Source of the DNA: Candidatus Eiseniibacteriota bacterium
Lineage (GTDB): Bacteria > ARS69
Length of the DNA: 23,658 bases
Assembly (NCBI GenBank): GCA_052390515.1
Contig: JBQTGV010000210.1
Coordinates: forward strand, 1 to 23,658
Direction: 5' to 3'
This document shows, piece by piece, positions 16,051 through 23,658 of the stretch. Numbering within the stretch: the stretch's first letter is position 1; every line of letters starts with the position of its first letter. Made by a program: the position numbers and the translations under genes. Below the pieces are notes generated by a model. It was not told where the DNA came from. It was given only the letters and a program-made list of their open reading frames with translations, and did no database searches.

Positions 16051-16673
16051 GCGGCGGCCACCCCGATCCAGGACGGCGCATGAACGACGCTCCGATTCCC
16101 GCGGAAGCGCTTCGCCGCTTCGCCGAGGCGATGGAGCGGGCAAAGCGCACCGACCTGCCCGAGCCGACCGCGGTGGTGCTGGCCACCGCCGACGCGTCGG
16201 GCCGCCCGTCGTCGCGCGCCGTGCTGCTCAAGGGCTTCGACGAGAGCGGCTTCGTCTTCTACACGAATCTGGAGAGCCGCAAGGGGAAGCAGCTCCGCGA
16301 GAACCCGAGCGCCTCGCTCACGTTCTACTGGCCGCCGCTCTCCGAGCAGGTGCACGTCGAGGGGCGCGTCGAACCGGTGACGCCGGAGGAGGCCGATACC
16401 TACTGGGCGACGCGGCCGCGCGGCAGCCAGCTCGGGGCGTGGGCGTCGCGGCAGTCGGAGACGCTGGGCTCGCGGCGGGAGTTGATCCGCCGCTTCGCCG
16501 AGTACCTGGTGCGGAACGCGGGCCGGCCCGTGCCGAGGCCCAACTTCTGGTCGGGCTTCCGCCTGCGTCCGGAGCGCATCGAGTTCTGGAAGGCGAAGCG
16601 GCGCCGCCTGCACGAGCGCGTCCTGTGGGAGCTGGCCGACGGCGCGTGGACGTCGCGGCGGCTCAACCCGTGA
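16047..16673 (+). CDS. pdxH: Pyridoxine/pyridoxamine 5'-phosphate oxidase
   Basis: Motifs LATAD...PSSRAVLLKGFDESGFVFYTNLESRKG, RPRGSQLGAWASRQS, WSGFRLRPERIEFW, RLHER, RLNP. The start is ATG 16047 (ATGA overlap) or ATG 16080. Confidence 0.95.
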   Translation: MSGGHPDPGRRMNDAPIPAEALRRFAEAMERAKRTDLPEPTAVVLATADASGRPSSRAVLLKGFDESGFVFYTNLESRKGKQLRENPSASLTFYWPPLSEQVHVEGRVEPVTPEEADTYWATRPRGSQLGAWASRQSETLGSRRELIRRFAEYLVRNAGRPVPRPNFWSGFRLRPERIEFWKAKRRRLHERVLWELADGAWTSRRLNP

Positions 16674-16704
16674 AACCCCGTCTCGAGCGAAGTGAACCCG
16701 CGGT

Positions 16705-16805
16705 GTGGCGCTCCGACTGGAACGACAAGGAACGCGCGACCGAGCCATGGACGGCGAGCGAGCTTGAGCGAGGCCGCGCGTCTCCTTTCATTCCAGTCGG
16801 GCCAC
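16705..16805. repeat. Long imperfect inverted repeat between convergent pdxH and hemY (REP/MITE-like element or bidirectional terminator)
   Basis: The left arm 16713-16741 is CCGACTGGAACGACAAGGAACGCGCGACC. The reverse complement of 16772-16800 is CCGACTGGAATGAAAGGAGACGCGCGGCC. An outer GTGGC/GCCAC pair extends the stem. Confidence 0.75.
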
Positions 16806-18148
16806 TATACCGCCGTCGCGAGCGCTGCCCCGGCGACGCGCCCCGCGTCGGCCACGAGGTGATTCACGGCGACGCCGCGCCACGCCGCGCCGGCCGGCAC
16901 GAGCCCGGGGAGCGCCGCCGTCTCCCGCTCCAGTGCGGCAAGCCGCGTCGGGTGGCCGAGGTCATACTGCGGGATGGCGCCCGGGTGCACCACGACGCGC
17001 ACCGCGTCCGGCTCGCCGCGTATCCCGAGCGGCTCGCGCACGGCGGCCAGGGCGCGCGCGGCGATCTCGCCGGGCGAACCGGCCGCCGCCGCGGGATTGC
17101 GCGAGCCACCCGCGAGCACGCGCAGCAGCACGCGTCCCTCCGGCGCGCGGCCGGGGAAGACGCTGGACTCGAAGAGGCAGCCGAGCACCGGGTGGCGGCC
17201 TCCCGGCACGAGGTAGCCGTAGCCGTCGAGCGGATGATCCACCGCGTCCCGCGCGAGCAGGAACCCGCACACCGCGACGTCCGCGGCGCCGATCTCCCGC
17301 GCCAGTCCGGCGATTCCCGGCGCCGCCTTCGCCAGCAAGGCCGCGGTGACCGGCGCCGGCGTGGCCAGCACCAATGCGCCGGCCTCGTGCGTGACGCCGT
17401 TCGCGGTGACGCGCCAGCCTGCGCCGTCCCGCGTGATCCCGCTCACCGGGCTGGAGAGGCGCACGCGTTCGCCCAGCTCCCGGCGGAGCGCAGTCACCAG
17501 CACTTCGAACCCGCCGCGGAAGCTGGTGAGGCGCTTGCCGAAGGGAGAAGCGCCTTGGCTTTTGCGCGCGCGCATGGCGCGGAAGAGGCCGCCGTGCTCG
17601 CGCTCCATGGCGGTCATCTTGGGGAAGCACGCGTCCACGGACAGCGCGCGCGGATCGCCGGCGAAGATGCCGGTGACCGCCGCGTCGACCAGCACCTCCG
17701 CGGCCTCGCGTCCGATGCGCCGCGCGGCGAAGGCGTGGATGGACTCCGGCGAAGCGCCGTTCGGACCCTTCGCCCAGGGCTCGGCCAGGAGGCGCAGCTT
17801 GGCCTGGGGTGAGAGCAGCGGCGTCCCGAGCAGCGCGGGCGGCGACATGGGCAGCGCACATAGCCGTCCGCCGTGCAGCAGATAGCGGCGCTTGGCGACG
17901 TCCGAGGCGGGGAGGAGCTCCGCGTCGAGCCCGAGCTCCTCGACGGCGTCGAGCACGCCGGGCCGCTCGGCGAGAAACCCCTGCGGCCCCAGCTCGAGGA
18001 CGGCCCCATTCCACGACTCGGTGCGGACGTAGCCGCCGGCCCGATCGCCGGCCTCCAGCACGAGCGGCTCTCCGCCCCGCCGGAGGATCTCCCGGGCCGC
18101 GGCCAGCCCGGCGATCCCTCCGCCGACGACCAGCACCTCGCGTCCCAC
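16805..18148 (-). CDS. hemY: FAD-dependent protoporphyrinogen/coproporphyrinogen oxidase (HemY family; often annotated hemG), 447 aa
   Basis: Rossmann motif VVGGGIAGLAAA, plus LEAGDRAGG, ELGPQGF, GIFAGDP, GYGYLVP, SSVFPGRAP and AIPQYDLGH. Last gene of the hem operon. Confidence 0.93.
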   Translation of the reverse strand: MGREVLVVGGGIAGLAAAREILRRGGEPLVLEAGDRAGGYVRTESWNGAVLELGPQGFLAERPGVLDAVEELGLDAELLPASDVAKRRYLLHGGRLCALPMSPPALLGTPLLSPQAKLRLLAEPWAKGPNGASPESIHAFAARRIGREAAEVLVDAAVTGIFAGDPRALSVDACFPKMTAMEREHGGLFRAMRARKSQGASPFGKRLTSFRGGFEVLVTALRRELGERVRLSSPVSGITRDGAGWRVTANGVTHEAGALVLATPAPVTAALLAKAAPGIAGLAREIGAADVAVCGFLLARDAVDHPLDGYGYLVPGGRHPVLGCLFESSVFPGRAPEGRVLLRVLAGGSRNPAAAAGSPGEIAARALAAVREPLGIRGEPDAVRVVVHPGAIPQYDLGHPTRLAALERETAALPGLVPAGAAWRGVAVNHLVADAGRVAGAALATAV

Positions 18149-18149
18149 G

Positions 18150-19541
18150 TCACACCGTCCGGGAGAAGACCGGACCTTCGCGCGTCATGCGGCGCAGGTA
18201 CTCGTCGAACACCATGGCCACGTTGCGCACGAAGAGCCGGCCGAGCCCGACGACGCGGATCCCGGCCGCGTCCATCTCCACGAACCCCTCGCGACGCTCG
18301 GCCTCCAGCGCCTCCAGCTCGTCGGCGAAGTGCTCGGCGAAGTCGATCCCGTGGCGCGCCTCGATGGCACGCCGGTCGACCTTCCCGTTGCACATGAGCG
18401 ACTGGATGACGTCGCGACGCAGGCGGTCCTCCGCGGACAGGACGACGCCGCGAAAAACGGGGAGCGTCCCGGCTCGGATGGCCTTCGCCCAGGGTGGGAT
18501 CACCTTGAGGTTCTGGAAGTGGGCGGCGCCCACGTCGCCGATCGCGGAGATGCCGAGTCCGATCATGTCCGGCGCAGGTCGCGTCGTGTAGCCCATGAAG
18601 TTGCGGTGCAGCCGGCCTTCGCGCGCGGCGACGGCCAGCTCGTCGCCCGGCAGCGCGAAGTGGTCCATGCCGATGGCCTCGTAGCCTGCGTCGCCGAACG
18701 CCTGCCGCGCCTCGGCGAAGAGCCGGATCTTCTCCGCCGCAGAGGGGAGGAGCTCCTCCTCGGTCTTCCGCTGGTTGGCCTTCATCCAAGGCACGTGCGC
18801 GTAGCTGTACACCGCGACGCGCTCCGGCCGGAGGCGGACCACCTTGCGCAGGTTCTCGGCGAACGTCGTGGCGGTCTGCCTGGGCAGTCCGTAGATGAGA
18901 TCCACGTTCAGCGACTCGAAGCCGAGCCTGCGGCACTTCTCGACGAGCCGCCGCGTCTCCTCCCACGTCTGGTTGCGCGAGATGGCCGCCTGCACCTCGG
19001 GCGTGAAGTCCTGCACGCCCATGGAAAGCCGGTTGAAGCCGAGGCGCCGCAGCACGAGGAGGTGCTCGTCGGAGGTGACGCGTGGATCCACCTCCAGCGC
19101 GATCTCCGCGCCCGCCTCGATGCGGAACCGCGAGACGATCTTGGCGAAGAGCGCCTCCATCTCCGCCGGCGTCTGGAAGGTCGGCGTGCCGCCGCCCCAG
19201 TGTAGCTGCAGGACGCGGTTGCGGCCTCCGAGCCGGTCGGCCACGAGATCGATCTCGGCGTGCAGCGTCTCGAGGTAACTCTCGGAGACGTCGTGCTTGC
19301 TGGTGATCACCACGTGACAGCCGCAGAACGTGCAGCGCTCCCGGCAGAAGGGCAGGTGGAAGTAGAGCGAGAGCGGATCGCCGCTCTTCGCCGCCTGGGC
19401 GAGATGGCTCTCGTAGCGCTCCGCGCCGACCTCCTCGCGGAACTCGACCGCAGTCGGGTAGGAGGTGTACCTCGGCCCGGGCCTGTCGTACTTCTCGATC
19501 AGCGCGGCGATGCGCGCGGCGTCGAGCCTGGCCTCGCTCAT
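18150..19541 (-). CDS. hemN: Oxygen-independent coproporphyrinogen III oxidase (radical SAM), 463 aa
   Basis: KYDRPGPRYTSYPTA N-terminus typical of true HemN, plus HLPFCRERCTFCGC, HWGGGTPT, RLSMGVQDF and GMDHFA...LHRNFMGY. ATG 19541 overlaps the hemE stop. Confidence 0.96.
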   Translation of the reverse strand: MSEARLDAARIAALIEKYDRPGPRYTSYPTAVEFREEVGAERYESHLAQAAKSGDPLSLYFHLPFCRERCTFCGCHVVITSKHDVSESYLETLHAEIDLVADRLGGRNRVLQLHWGGGTPTFQTPAEMEALFAKIVSRFRIEAGAEIALEVDPRVTSDEHLLVLRRLGFNRLSMGVQDFTPEVQAAISRNQTWEETRRLVEKCRRLGFESLNVDLIYGLPRQTATTFAENLRKVVRLRPERVAVYSYAHVPWMKANQRKTEEELLPSAAEKIRLFAEARQAFGDAGYEAIGMDHFALPGDELAVAAREGRLHRNFMGYTTRPAPDMIGLGISAIGDVGAAHFQNLKVIPPWAKAIRAGTLPVFRGVVLSAEDRLRRDVIQSLMCNGKVDRRAIEARHGIDFAEHFADELEALEAERREGFVEMDAAGIRVVGLGRLFVRNVAMVFDEYLRRMTREGPVFSRTV

Positions 19542-20581
19542 GAGCGCATCTCCCGGCTGAGGTCGTGCACGAGGCGGACGCAGAGCTGCGCCGCCCTCAT
19601 CTCGGTCATCGGCAGGATGCCGTGGCCCAGGTTGAAGACGTGGCCGGCCTCGGCGCCGGCGCCCTCCAGCACCTCGCGCACACGCGCGGCGAGCTGCCGC
19701 TCGGAGCCGAGCAGCGCGCCCGGATCGAGGTTGCCCTGGAGCGGCATGGTCGGGAAGAGAGCACGCGCGTCGGCCATGCGCACCCGCCAGTCGAGCCCCA
19801 GCATGCGCGCGCCGCTCGCCGTCTGCAGCGCGAGCGCGGCGCCGGCGCCCGGCGCGAAGTAGATCGTCGGCAGCTCCGCGCCGGCCGCGAGGCGATCGAA
19901 GACGCGGCGCGCGGCGGGAAGAGCGAAGCTCTCGAGATCCGGCGGCGAGAGCACGCCCGCCCAGGAGTCGAAGAGCTGCACCGCGTGCGCGCCGGCCCGC
20001 ACCTGCACGCCGAGCCAGTCGGCGATGCGGTCGGCGAGAAACGCGAGCAGCTCGGCGAACGACTCCGGATCGGAGTGCATCATGCGGCGCGTGTGCTCGT
20101 GCTCCTTGGAGCTGCCGCCCTCGAGCAGGTACGTCGCCAGGGTGAATGGCGCGCCGGCGAAGCCGATCAGCGGAACCCGGCCCTCGAGTCGGTCCAGGGT
20201 CGCGCGGACGCACTCGTCGAGCCAAGCCCAGTGCCGCCTCGGGTCGGGGACGCAGAGGCTCTCGGTCCCGGCCGACGGATCCCAGCGCTCCAGTACCGGT
20301 CCGGGGCGGAAGTCCACCGGGATGCCCATCGCCTCCAGCGGGAGGAGGATGTCCGAGAACAGGATGGCGGCGTCCACGTCGAGCCGTTCCACCGGCTCGA
20401 TGGTCACCTCCGCACAGAGCTCCGGCCGCCGGGCGAGATCCAGGAACGAGTGCTTCCCGCGGAGCGCGCGGTAGCCGGGGAGCACGCGTCCGGCCTGGCG
20501 CATGATCCAGACCGGGGTGGCGTCGACGCGCTCCCCGCGGGCGGCGCGCAGCATTCGGTCGTTGACACAGGTCACAGTCAC
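19538..20581 (-). CDS. hemE: Uroporphyrinogen decarboxylase (347 aa)
   Basis: Motifs PVWIMRQAGR, DAAILFSDIL, LIGFAGAPFTLATY, QLFDSWAG, LQGNLDP, HVFNLGHGI. GTG 20581 overlaps the hemL stop. Confidence 0.96.
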   Translation of the reverse strand: MTVTCVNDRMLRAARGERVDATPVWIMRQAGRVLPGYRALRGKHSFLDLARRPELCAEVTIEPVERLDVDAAILFSDILLPLEAMGIPVDFRPGPVLERWDPSAGTESLCVPDPRRHWAWLDECVRATLDRLEGRVPLIGFAGAPFTLATYLLEGGSSKEHEHTRRMMHSDPESFAELLAFLADRIADWLGVQVRAGAHAVQLFDSWAGVLSPPDLESFALPAARRVFDRLAAGAELPTIYFAPGAGAALALQTASGARMLGLDWRVRMADARALFPTMPLQGNLDPGALLGSERQLAARVREVLEGAGAEAGHVFNLGHGILPMTEMRAAQLCVRLVHDLSREMRS

Positions 20582-21900
20582 TTCGCCACCTCTTGCGCCT
20601 CGATCAGCGCCTCCCGGGACGCGGCGAGGAAGCGGTCCACGTCCTCCTCGCGGTGCGCGCCGGAGAGGAAGCCCGCCTCGTACTGCGACGGCGCCACGGA
20701 CATGCCGCGTCGGACCAGCCCGTGGAACCACTTGGCGAAGGTCCGCGTGTCGCCCTTGGACGCATCGCTCCAGGTGCGGACCGGGCCGCGCGCGAAGTAC
20801 AGGCAGAAGAGCGACCCGACGCGCTGGAAGCAGTTGCGGCCGGAGAGGCCGAGATCGTCGAGCGCGCTTCGTGCGCCGGCCTCGAGCCGCGCGCCCAGCC
20901 GCTCGAGGCGTGCGTAGAGGCCGGTGTCCGCGTCGATGGCGTCCAGCATGGCGATGCCGGCAGCCATGGCCAACGGGTTTCCGGAGAGCGTGCCCGCCTG
21001 GTACACGTCTCCCTCCGGGGACACGTGACGCATCAGCTCGCGGGGGCCGCCGTACGCGCCCACGGGCAGCCCGCCGCCGATCACCTTGCCCAGCGTGGTG
21101 AGGTCCGGGCGGACGCCGTACAGCTCCTGCGCGCCGCCCCGCGCGACGCGGAAGCCGGTCATCACCTCGTCGAAGATCAGCAGAGCGCCGGACTCGTCGC
21201 AGGCGCGGCGAAGCCCCTGGAGGAATCCCGGCTCGGGCGGGATGCAGCCGGCGTTCCCGGCCACGGGCTCGACGATCACCGCGGCCACGGCGGCGCGGTT
21301 CGCGTCGAGGACCTCCCGGACCGAGTCGAGGTCGTTGAAACGCGCGTTGCGCGTGTCCGCCGCGACGCCCGCCGTGACGCCCGGGCTCGTCGGCGTGCCG
21401 AACGTCGCTGGGCCGGATCCGGCCTGGATGAGGAAGGAGTCGGCGTGTCCGTGGTAGCAGCCCTCGAACTTGACGACGACGGCGCGCCCCGTGACCGCGC
21501 GGGCCAGCCGCACCGCGCTCATCGTCGCCTCGGTGCCGGAGCTCACGAAGCGCACGCTCTCGATCGAGGGCACGCGCGCCACGATGCGCTCGGCGAGCTC
21601 CACCTCGCGCACGCAGGAAGCGCCGAAGCTCGTACCGGAGCCGGCCGCATCCCGCACCGCGGCCACGATGGCGGGATGCGCGTGGCCGAGCAGCATCGGC
21701 CCCCAGGAGCCGACGAAGTCCAGGAGCTCGCGGCCGTCCTCGGTCACCAGCACGGCGCCGTGCGCCTCGCGGACGAAGAAGGGGGTCCCGCCGACGGCCT
21801 TCCAGGCGCGCACCGGCGAGCTCACTCCGCCCGGCATCACCGCGCGGGCGCGCTCCGCCAAGACGTCCTCGACCGATGCGGTCCGCGTCATCCGATCCAC
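20578..21900 (-). CDS. hemL: Glutamate-1-semialdehyde 2,1-aminomutase
   Basis: Motifs MPGGVSSPVRA, SWGPMLLGHA, VSSGTEATMSAVRLARA, FEGCYHGHAD, FDEVMTGFR, LGKVIGGGLPVGAYGG, YQAGTLSGNP. The start is GTG 21900 (AAGGAGG upstream) or ATG 21891 (ATGA overlap with hemB). Confidence 0.96.
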   Translation of the reverse strand: MDRMTRTASVEDVLAERARAVMPGGVSSPVRAWKAVGGTPFFVREAHGAVLVTEDGRELLDFVGSWGPMLLGHAHPAIVAAVRDAAGSGTSFGASCVREVELAERIVARVPSIESVRFVSSGTEATMSAVRLARAVTGRAVVVKFEGCYHGHADSFLIQAGSGPATFGTPTSPGVTAGVAADTRNARFNDLDSVREVLDANRAAVAAVIVEPVAGNAGCIPPEPGFLQGLRRACDESGALLIFDEVMTGFRVARGGAQELYGVRPDLTTLGKVIGGGLPVGAYGGPRELMRHVSPEGDVYQAGTLSGNPLAMAAGIAMLDAIDADTGLYARLERLGARLEAGARSALDDLGLSGRNCFQRVGSLFCLYFARGPVRTWSDASKGDTRTFAKWFHGLVRRGMSVAPSQYEAGFLSGAHREEDVDRFLAASREALIEAQEVAK

Positions 21901-22859
21901 CGGGCGACCTCCTTCGCATGGTAGGTCAGCAGGATCTTCGCCCCGGCGCGGCGGATCGAACCGAGCGTCTCCAGCACGGCCGCGCGCTCGTCGAGCCAGC
22001 CCGCGGCGGCGGCGGCCTTCACCATGGAATACTCGCCGGAGACGTTGTACGCGGCGATCGGCACGGCGCAGCGCGCCGCGGCCTCGTGCACGACGTCCAG
22101 GTAGGCGAGAGCCGGCTTGACCATGACGATGTCCGCTCCCTCGGTGATGTCCAGCTCGATCTCTCGCAGCGCCTCGCGCGCGTTGGCCGAGTCCATCTGG
22201 TAAGCGCGGCGGTCGCCGAAGGCCGGCGTGGAACCCGCGGCGTCGCGGAACGGGCCGTAGAACGCGGAGGCGTACTTCGCCGCGTAGGACACGATCACCG
22301 TGTCGGTGAAGCCGCGCGCATCGAGTGCGCGGCGGATCTCGCCGACCCGACCGTCCATCATGTCGGACGGACAGACCGCGTCCGCTCCGACCTCGGCGTA
22401 CACCACGGCCGCCTTCGCCAGCAGCTCGACCGTCGGGTCGTTGAGCACGCGGCCGTCCTCGACGACGCCGCAGTGGCCGTGGCCCGTGTACTCACACAGG
22501 CAGACGTCCGCCCATACCAGGAGGTCGGGGACGGCGGCCTTCACCGCGCGGACCGCGCGGGGGATGATGCCCTGCGGATCGTAGCCCTGGCTCCCGCGCG
22601 CGTCCTTCGCCGCAGGAATCCCGAAGAGGATGATCCCCGGAATGCCGAGCCGGTGCGCCTCGCCGGCTTCCTCGACGAGCGCGTCGATCGAGAGCCGGCA
22701 GCAACCGGGCATGCTCGGGATGGGCTCGCGCACGCCTTCGCCCTCCCGCACGAAGAGCGGCAGCACGAGATCGTCGACCGAGAGCTGCGTCTCGCGGACG
22801 AGACCTCTCCAGGCGGGCGTGCGGCGAAGGCGCCGCGGGCGGTGCGGGAGCTCCATCAT
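21888..22859 (-). CDS. hemB: Porphobilinogen synthase (ALA dehydratase), Zn-binding type
   Basis: Motifs RPRRLRR, DVCLCEYTGHGHCG (three Zn-binding Cys), PSDMMDGRV, KYASAFYGPFRDAA, EGADIVMVKP, AYNVSGEY. Confidence 0.97.
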   Translation of the reverse strand: MMELPHRPRRLRRTPAWRGLVRETQLSVDDLVLPLFVREGEGVREPIPSMPGCCRLSIDALVEEAGEAHRLGIPGIILFGIPAAKDARGSQGYDPQGIIPRAVRAVKAAVPDLLVWADVCLCEYTGHGHCGVVEDGRVLNDPTVELLAKAAVVYAEVGADAVCPSDMMDGRVGEIRRALDARGFTDTVIVSYAAKYASAFYGPFRDAAGSTPAFGDRRAYQMDSANAREALREIELDITEGADIVMVKPALAYLDVVHEAAARCAVPIAAYNVSGEYSMVKAAAAAGWLDERAAVLETLGSIRRAGAKILLTYHAKEVARWIG

Positions 22860-22863
22860 GGCG

Positions 22864-23658
22864 TCATGCCTCTCCCGGATCGAGCACGTGGGCGACCGCC
22901 TCGGCGAGCGCCTCGAAGTCAGGGCGATCGGCCGTCACGACGTCGGTGAAGCCGAGGCGTCGCGCCGCGTCGGCGGTCGTGGCACCGATGGCCGCGACGG
23001 GGAGAGTGAACCACGCCCCGGCGAGACCCGCAGCGAGAGCTTCGGCCGCCGACGGGCTGGCCAGCGCGACGGCGTCTATGGCCTCGCCGGCTAGCGTGCC
23101 GCGCACCTCGGCGTGCCGGCGCGTCACGGTACGGTACGCGGTCACCACGCGCACGCTCGCCCCGGCCGATTCGAGCGCCCGCACGCCGTCCGACCTGGCC
23201 CGGTCCGCTGCGGCCCAGAGCACGCGCGCGCCGTCCAGCTTCGCCCCTGACTCGGCGAGGGCCACGGCGAGATCCGCGGCTCCGCCCCGGCCTACCACGG
23301 CCGGCTCCCACCCGCGCGCGCGCGCCTCCCGGGCGGTGGCCTCGCCGACGACGGCGAGCCGCGGCTGTCCGCCGTTCCTCGTCGCCTCCGCCAGGGCGCG
23401 GGCTGCGCGGGCGCTGGTGAGCACGACCCAGTCGTACGAGTCGAGGCGGGCGGCCTCGGCGCGGAGCGCGCCCGGATCCTCGGGCGGCAGCGTCTCCAGC
23501 AGCGGCAGGTTCACGACGCGCGCGCCACGGGAGCGGAGCGCGGCGGAGAGCGGACCACCGCCGCCCTCCTCCCGCGTCACCAGCACCGTGATCCCGGCGA
23601 GCGGCCCGGCGAACTGAGCAGCGCCCGTGTGCCGACCGGTCGCGCTGAACGGCGGCTC
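22864..23658 (-). CDS. hemD: Uroporphyrinogen-III synthase, 5'-partial
   Basis: Motifs PLAGITVLVTR, YDWVVLTSA, AVVGEATA, AYRT, LASPSAA, AAIGATTA. The frame stays open upstream of GTG 23586 to the window end with no further start codon, so the start lies outside the window. Confidence 0.88.
   Translation of the reverse strand, partial: EPPFSATGRHTGAAQFAGPLAGITVLVTREEGGGGPLSAALRSRGARVVNLPLLETLPPEDPGALRAEAARLDSYDWVVLTSARAARALAEATRNGGQPRLAVVGEATAREARARGWEPAVVGRGGAADLAVALAESGAKLDGARVLWAAADRARSDGVRALESAGASVRVVTAYRTVTRRHAEVRGTLAGEAIDAVALASPSAAEALAAGLAGAWFTLPVAAIGATTADAARRLGFTDVVTADRPDFEALAEAVAHVLDPGEA

Noticed and set aside
16047-21900. Functional coupling of pdxH (PLP supply) to hemL
   Set aside because: The genes are convergent and in different transcription units. 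Proximity alone is not evidence.

Overview
A GC-rich bacterial chromosomal window, almost fully coding, with no rRNA, tRNA, CRISPR array or transposase that I can see. The + strand carries, in order: the 3' part of a secreted FG-GAP-repeat protein with a FlgD-Ig/T9SS-type C-terminal domain; pyruvate kinase; a secreted UshA/5'-nucleotidase-like plus tetraheme cytochrome c fusion; an S1/P1-nuclease/Zn-phospholipase C-like protein; a stand-alone receiver protein; a tightly coupled SAM methyltransferase-bshC-bshB1-bshA-alpha/beta-hydrolase operon (bacillithiol, possibly N-methyl-bacillithiol); two glycosyltransferase genes; an unknown exported protein; a methyltransferase; and pdxH. The - strand carries a convergent heme operon (hemD-hemB-hemL-hemE-hemN-hemY). 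The main result is that the ORF track truncates the cytochrome gene. Its frame most likely starts at ATG 3246, with an RBS and signal peptide, and reads through an in-frame TGA (3384-3386) in a C-G-U motif followed by a SECIS-like hairpin. This predicts a 460-aa periplasmic selenocysteine-containing multiheme cytochrome c whose metallophosphoesterase site is degenerate. Family assignments come from motif recognition by eye; no database searches were run.
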